In this document: piece after piece, positions 57,901-64,000 of the stretch
How the letters are laid out: the number at the start of each line of letters is the position of its first letter
Position numbering within the stretch: position 1 is the first letter of the stretch
Source: Myxococcota bacterium
Lineage (GTDB): Bacteria > Myxococcota_A > Polyangia > JAAYKL01
Length of the DNA stretch: 64,000 nucleotides
Assembly (NCBI GenBank): GCA_028278265.1
Contig: JANQET010000406.1
Coordinates: 3,171 to 67,170 of the forward strand
Direction of reading: 5' to 3'
Position numbers and translations under genes: made by a program
The notes under the pieces: generated by a model
What the model was told of the DNA's origin: nothing
Seen by the model: the letters and a program-made list of their open reading frames with translations, nothing else
Database searches by the model: none

Positions 57901-58479
57901 GACTATGTCAGTTGGCCCGACGGATTGAGCCTGGCAGTGTCGGTCAACGGAGCCCAAACCGCCCTGCTCGACGACATCTACTACGCCGAGACACCCCTGC
58001 CCACCGCGCCGGCGCTGGTGGACCTGACCCTGAAAAGCAAGAGCAGCCCCAGCCTGACCGACTATCCGGTCGAGACCACCACCTCGGCGACGTTTATTAC
58101 GACAGGCAATGAGGTAGTACCGGTTCAAATCCCCAACACTCGCTACCAGGTTCGGGACCTCAACGACTTCAATCAAGTCATCTGCCAGGGCGACCGCACC
58201 TGCCGGTTGCGATTTTCCGTAAATTTCGAACCGATTAATTACGCAATCGAACCAGTATCGTTTTTCGGTTGGATACTGTTGTCGACCGACGACGGCGCAA
58301 CCTGGTTCTCCCCGGATTGGCAATACAAAAAAGGCAGCGCTCTCACAGTGCGTTCCCGTATCAGGCTATCCGAGGACGATCCGTTGCCGGTCAGCGTGAA
58401 GTTGTTCGCCTTTACCAGTGATGGGGTGCTGCTCAGTGAAACCGTGAAACGAGCTTTCTTGCTCAAGAAGAATCAATGA
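54943..58479 (+). CDS. S8 subtilisin-family serine protease, lipoprotein, long C-terminal extension
   Basis: AGGAGG RBS, SVGC lipobox and the catalytic motifs LDTG, GHGTHV, AAGN and SGTSMATP. Confidence 0.95.
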   Translation: MKRLLVGSVLLMALSLSVGCDDESTPLDVDSISLDQARPPSAPERHTLTLITGDRLEVLKSADGSWKVAIDQAPRSSGPVAFTRFRHPKKGLYVMPVDVKHLIPEVMDAQFFNIEYLIEHKMDDAHQSFVSAIVSTEDSSAHQRATVSTALNYRRLPAAGLSTITVSKNQLRGRANPLWQFTGQRAGLTLSGVKKLRPNRVFKALLAEAVPAVGGDVAQQTHGLYGKGINLAVLDTGVDSAHPDFYFEDGSSKLVVDENLTCFTTDDPFYCEDTPLDLEGHGTHVSSIAVGTGAGSDGLYRGVAPEAWLMNVKVLNSMGFGLETDIIQGIFVAALGTNDVRGDEPEIEADVISMSLGGPVLTDGEDPMIAAVNQVVNDHGVIVVVAAGNDWNAFTVGSPAAAAGALAVGSSTKWAPFVVSDFSSRGPTRGEFALKPDIVAPGEEIIAACSSFSYWLECDPLAPYIAMSGTSMATPVVAGGAALLVEHAAGSGQLLSPQALKDRLLSSSEVLTSLWDPDQPASAYEQGAGLMKLDRALTAELVFSPANLSLGLFTYDVAEWERTAQLTNRSDQTKTVDLAIALTSEYLDYSDAISLTPSQVTLAPGATAELTVRVDLQALPLPKLQQAFDGRITAQVNGQLAAHSILGFTKEGELYPLTIQTIGLDGGPPFWPDVYVYDAEDSAGFFNDPWVTFPDAEGYLRLRVPAGIYNLTLEIYDFADELARHTRVSELELEVANTATSAVLDARLAEPVVFDLAADPLATSTKEFSTTWEYVWPGDGWSISVGSSGFDQLMVYSNKQSTIGTFGVLSQWVRGHEPWWESEVLYNWTDTRGRDEPYLLRVTETDLENAGMADIHYHSERLTEGYIGEWACPTDLTVLPLYCNFVWIWSYLTPLPAVQRQYYNPLVAAHNTLYEPLPWELLLWDNEQTIVDGVLIEGKVWQPGEQQRVHWGQRPMKPAYQHVWQIDNTLGIWGHSVEDPQGHYSLDYVSWPDGLSLAVSVNGAQTALLDDIYYAETPLPTAPALVDLTLKSKSSPSLTDYPVETTTSATFITTGNEVVPVQIPNTRYQVRDLNDFNQVICQGDRTCRLRFSVNFEPINYAIEPVSFFGWILLSTDDGATWFSPDWQYKKGSALTVRSRIRLSEDDPLPVSVKLFAFTSDGVLLSETVKRAFLLKKNQ

Positions 58480-58863
58480 GAAAGATATCGACATCTGACC
58501 CAATCGCCTGCCTACGTTAAAAAAAACCACATTTCTCCGCCAAAAAAAGCCGCTCGCAGGAGCAAACTTCGCTTGTTTTGGGCATAGTGCTTCAAATCCA
58601 TATTTCAGCGGCATTCGAGTGACGCTCCATCAGCCTCCACTGCGGTGTGCTCCCTCGATGTACCTCTCTAGGCATGCCTCAGTCGTGAGTCTTGGGGAGG
58701 CGGCGGCTCAGCGCTCTCGGTGCGTCGCTGTATTGCTGGATTGCGGTACCCAGCATGAATTAATTCGTCCAAAATGTTGCCCTAAATAGTTTTTAGATAA
58801 ACAAGCGAAGGTCGATTTGACAGAAAAAGGACCGATAAAATACCCGAGAGGAAGGAGAAATCG

Positions 58864-60423
58864 ATGAAACGATTGGTCGCTTTTATCATGGTATTTAGTT
58901 GGGCTCTTTCTGGGATAATGATCGGTTGTGGCGGCGGAGATGGTGATGCTCCTGAACCGGACGGAGGTGATACTGAAACCGACAACGGAGGAGACACGGA
59001 TACCGACGCCGATATGGATACAGACACAGATACGGACACAGATACGGACGCCGACTCGGATTCGGACACCGACGCCGATTCGGATGCAGACACGGATTCC
59101 GATACCGACGCCGATTCGGATGCGGACACGGACTCAGACACGGATTCCGATACCGACACGGACTCGGATTCGGACACGGACTCAGACACGGACTCCGATA
59201 CCGACACAGACTCGGATTCGGACACGGACTCCGATACCGACACCGATTCGGATTCGGACGCGGACTCCGATACCGACACAGACTCGGATTCGGACACGGA
59301 TTCAGACACGGACTCCGATACCGACACCGATTCGGATTCGGACGCGGACTCGGATACCGACACCGATTTGTCGCCCGGCTACCCCAAATTGTTCGTTGCG
59401 GACGGCAGTTCCTCGAGCTCGGCATTGATGATATGGGAAGAAGCCGATCAGATTACCGCGGATCGGGATGCTGATATTACCGCAGCGCCGTTGCCTGGAT
59501 CGTTCGTCGGTAGAGGACTCGGTTTGCATCGGGATCGGTTGTTTGTCTACGCCACAGGAGGGACGAAGCCGGTTCATGTCTATGATAACGCCTCGAAGCT
59601 GGCCGACGGCGCCGAAGCCGATGAACATGTGAGTGCAGGGGGTGCAAAAATGTTCTTCGACAGTGGGAATCACCTCTGGGCGCTGAATGGCACCGATATC
59701 CAGCTTTTCGACGACGCACCGAATTTGAGCGGTACCTCCCCGGTCCAGGCCAGTTTTTCCCACAGTTCGGAGCAGATTGAATCCGGCTGCTATGATGAGG
59801 TGGGCCAAAGATTGTTCGGTGGCCAAACCTCCGGGGCAGGGGTGCTGGTCTGGAACAACCCGCTGAATCAATCCGGAGACAACCCAAATGATTGGACCCT
59901 GGCCGCGTCGGTCAACCCCTGGGCCATGGCGATCGCCAAAGATCGGTTGTATGTGGGGAACGTCGCCGAGCCGTTCCTCAGAATTTGGAACAATATTTCT
60001 CAAGTGAGCAGCGCCAAACCGGCCGATGCGACATTGGGGGCAGCATCTGAACTCGGTGATATTACCGACATCTACATCCGCGGCGATCGCCTGGTGGTGA
60101 CGGTTCTCGAGTACCCGGTGTACAAAGTGCTGGTTTTCGACAATGCCTCATCCATTAGCGGGGAACAGGATCCACTGGCCGTGATCGGAGACGAGCATCT
60201 GGTGCTGCCCTATCAATCGATCCTCGATCAAAACGGATTCCTGTACGTACGTGACTCGGATGGGATTGCCATTTATCGAGGCGCCAACACGGCAATGCCG
60301 TCTTTTGTGACAAAGCTGGAAGATGCCTTTTCATACCCCGAACACATGCTGTTAATGGAATGCTCGCCGACCCATCGTTGCAACGGAGAAGCTACCTGCG
60401 TCAACGGCACCTGCACGCCATAG
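58864..60423 (+). CDS. Lipoprotein with ~130 aa DT/DS stalk and beta-propeller-like domain
   Basis: AAGGAG RBS, MIGC lipobox, a long acidic repeat, RLFV/RLYV blade repeats and a short Cys tail. Confidence 0.85.
   Translation: MKRLVAFIMVFSWALSGIMIGCGGGDGDAPEPDGGDTETDNGGDTDTDADMDTDTDTDTDTDADSDSDTDADSDADTDSDTDADSDADTDSDTDSDTDTDSDSDTDSDTDSDTDTDSDSDTDSDTDTDSDSDADSDTDTDSDSDTDSDTDSDTDTDSDSDADSDTDTDLSPGYPKLFVADGSSSSSALMIWEEADQITADRDADITAAPLPGSFVGRGLGLHRDRLFVYATGGTKPVHVYDNASKLADGAEADEHVSAGGAKMFFDSGNHLWALNGTDIQLFDDAPNLSGTSPVQASFSHSSEQIESGCYDEVGQRLFGGQTSGAGVLVWNNPLNQSGDNPNDWTLAASVNPWAMAIAKDRLYVGNVAEPFLRIWNNISQVSSAKPADATLGAASELGDITDIYIRGDRLVVTVLEYPVYKVLVFDNASSISGEQDPLAVIGDEHLVLPYQSILDQNGFLYVRDSDGIAIYRGANTAMPSFVTKLEDAFSYPEHMLLMECSPTHRCNGEATCVNGTCTP
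58969..59367 (+). repeat. Tandem repeat encoding DTDSD/DADSD units
   Basis: Repeated GATACCGACACGGACTCGGATTCG-type units. Confidence 0.95.
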
Positions 60424-60458
60424 CCTATCCCCACTTGGGATGTGTGGAGGTTATTCGT

Positions 60459-61274
60459 CTATCCCGTCAAACTCGGCGGCAGTTCTCCTTGCGTCCCTTT
60501 GACGATGATGCTGGCCAGTGTCCATCCGTTGTATCCCACCACGGGAATGTACTCATCGATGGTCCAGTGGTTGAGTAATTGATTGGGAAAGACCTCTGCG
60601 TCAGGCGGAAAGTGAGTATCTTTGTCAAAACTGATGTTCTCGATTTGAGAGATTTCGTTGCCCTCAACCGGTCCGACAAGATGACCCCGTAGAATCTCGG
60701 GCATGTCGGGGAGGGGTCCGGTTGTCTGGTTCTGCGTAAAGTTTATCACCCGTTTTACGTTGGTTGGGATGATGTTCTTCTGGCTGTTGCCTGTGTCCAA
60801 GCTCTCATCCGGATCGATGAGAATCATCAAGTCCGTGTCGATTGGCCGGTATTTCCTTTTTCTGCCAATTCCGGAAACGCCGCGTACAATATCGAACCCG
60901 CCAAAGCTCTTGCCCACGGCAATCACAAACGGATTTTCGAATTCTTCATCAATGCAATCCCGCATCTCCAAATTCATCCACTTTTCGGTTTTGCCGAAGA
61001 AGGTTCCCCTGGAAAAAAAGATACGAAATTCGTCGATCTGATTGTTCTCCTTCAGCTCAATCCCGGCGTCGATGCACGCTTTGAACAAATATCCCCATTT
61101 CACCATTGCGCCTATTTTATCGGACTGGCAGACGACACTTTCGCGAAGATACTGATCGTACCGGCTCGAATTCGAAGGGGTGAGCCAGGGCACTCGCGGA
61201 TTGTGGGAGTCGTTCCACCCCGCGTTTGTCCCGCCCATACCGTGTGCACATCCGATGATTAGGGTTCGCGCCAT
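60459..61274 (-). CDS. Hypothetical alpha/beta-hydrolase-like protein
   Basis: GAGG RBS, AVGKSFGG nucleophile-elbow motif, LIDP, INFTQ and a distal His (NHWTID). Confidence 0.6.
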   Translation of the reverse strand: MARTLIIGCAHGMGGTNAGWNDSHNPRVPWLTPSNSSRYDQYLRESVVCQSDKIGAMVKWGYLFKACIDAGIELKENNQIDEFRIFFSRGTFFGKTEKWMNLEMRDCIDEEFENPFVIAVGKSFGGFDIVRGVSGIGRKRKYRPIDTDLMILIDPDESLDTGNSQKNIIPTNVKRVINFTQNQTTGPLPDMPEILRGHLVGPVEGNEISQIENISFDKDTHFPPDAEVFPNQLLNHWTIDEYIPVVGYNGWTLASIIVKGTQGELPPSLTG

Positions 61275-61551
61275 AGATCACCTCTTTGCGTTGTGGGGTG
61301 ACGCCCGGTCATCACAATGAACGAAACGCCTTTTGATATTTCCCACAGTTCGTTCTTTCGCCAGCCTGAGCTGAGCATTTATTATTCTCATTCAACCGCC
61401 AAGGATAACCCGAAGTACAACGGACTTGTCATCACCCAAATGGGTGATTTTCCAAGTAACCTCGTTTGTGATGATCCTTCTTTTTTCGTCCAACTCATGC
61501 CGTCACCTCGTTTTATCTTTACAGAGCGGGATCAACAACAGGAGTGAAGCA

Positions 61552-64000
61552 ATGAATCGACTGATGATTGGACCGGCGATCCTTGTGCTCTGGTCATTGT
61601 GCGGGGGGTGCTCGGGCAATATCGAATCCCTTGAAATGGAACACACCCCATCGGGCGTGACGCAGCCACCGAAAAAAGTGGCCCATCATACCCTGACGCT
61701 CATTACCGGCGACCGCCTCGAAGTGACCAAGACCAGCGACGGCAGATGGACGGTCGTGGTCGACCAGGCAGCCAGGCCGACGGGACCGGTGGCGTTTTCC
61801 CGCGTGAGCCACCCCCAAAAGGGGCTGCATTTGATCCCCGCGGATGTCAAACACCTGGTCCCCGGTGTTGTGGATGCCCGGTTCTTCAACATTGATTATC
61901 TCATCGACAACAAAATGGATGACGCGCATCAGCGCTTCGTCTCGGCGATCATCACGACCGATGATTCGACGACAATGCAGCGATCTGCGATCGGCAAGGC
62001 ACTCAATTATCGGCGCTTGGCGACCGGCGGCTTGGCGACCATCAGCGTTGACAAAAAACAGCTGCATTCACGAACCGATCCCCTCTGGCAGCAAACCGGT
62101 CGGAAGCCCACCATAACGCTTGCCGGTATCAGCAAGTTTCGGCCCAATCGGGTGTTCAAGGCTCTGCTCGACCAAGCGCTTCCAGCGGTCGGTGCCGATG
62201 TGGCCCACCAGGAATTCGGCTTGCGTGGCGACGGGATCAATGTTGCCGTGCTCGATACCGGCGTGGACGACGCCCATCCGGACTTCTTTTTTGAAGACGG
62301 TACGTCAAAGTTGGTCGTGAATGAGGATTTGACCTGTTTTACCACAACCGATCCCGAACAATGCGACGGTACACCGGTTGATACTTATGGTCACGGCACC
62401 TTTGTCGCCAGCATTGCCGTGGGAACCGGCGCTGCAAAAGAGGGGCTGTACCAAGGAATGGCCCCGGGTGCCCGATTGATGAACGTCAAAGTTATCAATC
62501 GATACGGATGGGCGCTGGAAAGCGACGTTATGCAGGGTATTCTCGTTGCGACCTTGGGCACGAACGATATTCGTGGTGACGAACCGGCAATCGAGGCCGA
62601 TGTCATTTCCATGAGCTTGGGCGGCTGGGTTACCCCTGGTGAGGAAGATCCCCTGGTTGAGCTGGTCAACCAGATGGTCACCGAGCATGGGGTGGTCATT
62701 GTGGCCGCGGCAGGCAATGACGGGGGCTACTATTCGATTAACAGCCCGGCCATCGCCGAGCAGGCCATCGCGGTCGGCGCGAGCAACAAATCCGAGCCGT
62801 TCTACGTTTCGGGCTTTTCCAGCGGCGGTCCCACTGCCGGCGATTTCCATCTCAAACCCGATCTCGTCGCACCTGGCGTGGACATTATCGCGGCATGCGC
62901 CTCCTCTGTGCCCGACTTGGGTTGCGATCCGCTCGATCCCTACTTTGCCGAGTCCGGTACCAGCGCTTCTACGCCCGTTGTCTCCGGCGGCGTTGCGCTG
63001 ATGATCCAGCAGGCGCGCGAAGACGGCCTCCTGCTGACCCCCCAGCTGGCAAAAGACCGGTTGCTCTCCTCCAGCGAAACCATCATCGCCTATTGGGATC
63101 CCGAATACAAAATCAGCGTGTATGAGCAGGGCGCAGGGTTGATGAAAATCGATCAGGCGCTGTCCACCGAGTTCGTATTTTCACCGGCCAATGTCAGCAT
63201 CGGGCTGGTCACCTGGGAAGTCGAGCACGTGGAACGCACGGTCACGCTGCGCAATCACACCGAACAGACCAGGACGCTCGATCTGTCGATTGAGCTTCGC
63301 TCTGAAGAAGCGTCGTTTGATCACGCGATTTCCCTCTCCTCACCACAGGTGACCCTTGCGCCGGGGGAAATCGCCGAGGTCACTATCGGAATCGATATGA
63401 CGTTGTTGCCGTCGCCAAAAATGCAGCAGGTATTCGAAGGAGAGCTCAAAGCATTCGATGGTGAGCGTCTTGTCGCCCGCGGCATCCTCGGACTGACCAA
63501 ACAGGCACGGCTCTACCCGTTGATCGTTGATACGATCGGACCGGACGGGGCCGCTGATCCCGACATGACCGATGTGTACGTCTATGATGCCCTGGATCTA
63601 CAGGGATTCATTTCTGACCCCTGGACCGACCATCCCGATCACAACGGTCGACTCCATCTTCGGGTCCCGGCCGGCACCTACAATATCATGATGAAAATGT
63701 GGAAGCTGGATGGGCCGAAGTTTTCTCTGTATCGGGTTTCCCATTTGGAGCATTTGGTGGGAGCGGGCAGCTCCGGCGTGACCCTGGATGCCCGTCAGGC
63801 AAGACCCGTGCTGCTCGAAATCGAAGCGGATCCGCTCGCCACGGAGACGCGATATTTTCACTCCTATATGGAGTACACCTGGCCCAACCAAATCGGCTCA
63901 TATCCGTTTGGCATCTCCGGCGTGCACGAGTTGTATACCTTCAGCAACAAAAAACCGACCGTCGGCCAGTTTGGGGTGATCAACAATTGGATCCGGGGGC
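61552..64000 (+). CDS. Second S8 serine protease, paralog of 54943-58479 (runs off window end; missing from ORF track)
   Basis: GGAG RBS then MNRLMIG...CGGC; HTLTLITGDRLEV, LDTG, GHGTFV, AAGN and SGTSASTP. It is collinear with the first copy. Confidence 0.92.
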   Translation, partial: MNRLMIGPAILVLWSLCGGCSGNIESLEMEHTPSGVTQPPKKVAHHTLTLITGDRLEVTKTSDGRWTVVVDQAARPTGPVAFSRVSHPQKGLHLIPADVKHLVPGVVDARFFNIDYLIDNKMDDAHQRFVSAIITTDDSTTMQRSAIGKALNYRRLATGGLATISVDKKQLHSRTDPLWQQTGRKPTITLAGISKFRPNRVFKALLDQALPAVGADVAHQEFGLRGDGINVAVLDTGVDDAHPDFFFEDGTSKLVVNEDLTCFTTTDPEQCDGTPVDTYGHGTFVASIAVGTGAAKEGLYQGMAPGARLMNVKVINRYGWALESDVMQGILVATLGTNDIRGDEPAIEADVISMSLGGWVTPGEEDPLVELVNQMVTEHGVVIVAAAGNDGGYYSINSPAIAEQAIAVGASNKSEPFYVSGFSSGGPTAGDFHLKPDLVAPGVDIIAACASSVPDLGCDPLDPYFAESGTSASTPVVSGGVALMIQQAREDGLLLTPQLAKDRLLSSSETIIAYWDPEYKISVYEQGAGLMKIDQALSTEFVFSPANVSIGLVTWEVEHVERTVTLRNHTEQTRTLDLSIELRSEEASFDHAISLSSPQVTLAPGEIAEVTIGIDMTLLPSPKMQQVFEGELKAFDGERLVARGILGLTKQARLYPLIVDTIGPDGAADPDMTDVYVYDALDLQGFISDPWTDHPDHNGRLHLRVPAGTYNIMMKMWKLDGPKFSLYRVSHLEHLVGAGSSGVTLDARQARPVLLEIEADPLATETRYFHSYMEYTWPNQIGSYPFGISGVHELYTFSNKKPTVGQFGVINNWIRG

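Noticed and set aside
58490..58780. Possible further IS91 end relic (CTTCGCTTGTTTTGGGCATAG)
   Set aside because: The resemblance is weak, there is no adjacent transposase fragment, and it does not match the 46 bp motif.

Overview
The window looks like DNA from a Myxococcota/deltaproteobacterial-type organism: it has a MYXO-CTERM-like tail, Cys-rich repeats and many lipoproteins with Asp-Ser/Asp-Thr linkers. This assignment is an inference. Bases ~1727-19464 form a mosaic accessory island bracketed by a diverged ~115-135 bp direct repeat. The island holds three IS91/ISCR-type HUH transposase fragments, two inward-facing oriIS-like ends, several truncated genes and large surface proteins (Asp-box propeller with SD repeats, triple C-type lectin). 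It also holds a complete 4.1 kb IS1-family element (imperfect IRs, 8 bp target duplication) that carries uncharacterised passenger genes. The best hidden signal is a gene that the ORF track splits in two (10511-11497, minus). An in-frame UGA falls in a U-x-x-C motif of a redoxin-like domain and is followed by a SECIS-like hairpin, so this is probably a surface-anchored selenoprotein on an acidic stalk. The rest of the window is mostly housekeeping and envelope genes: a pseudo-Fic protein, radical SAM, aminotransferase, Tat-signal TldD/TldE, cyclase and citrate synthase. It also has a Septu-like ATPase+HNH pair, peptidases, a hybrid kinase, an ECF sigma/FecR-TPR surface-signalling cluster, MarR+isochorismatase and two paralogous S8 proteases. 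All family calls come from motif recognition by eye, not from database searches.
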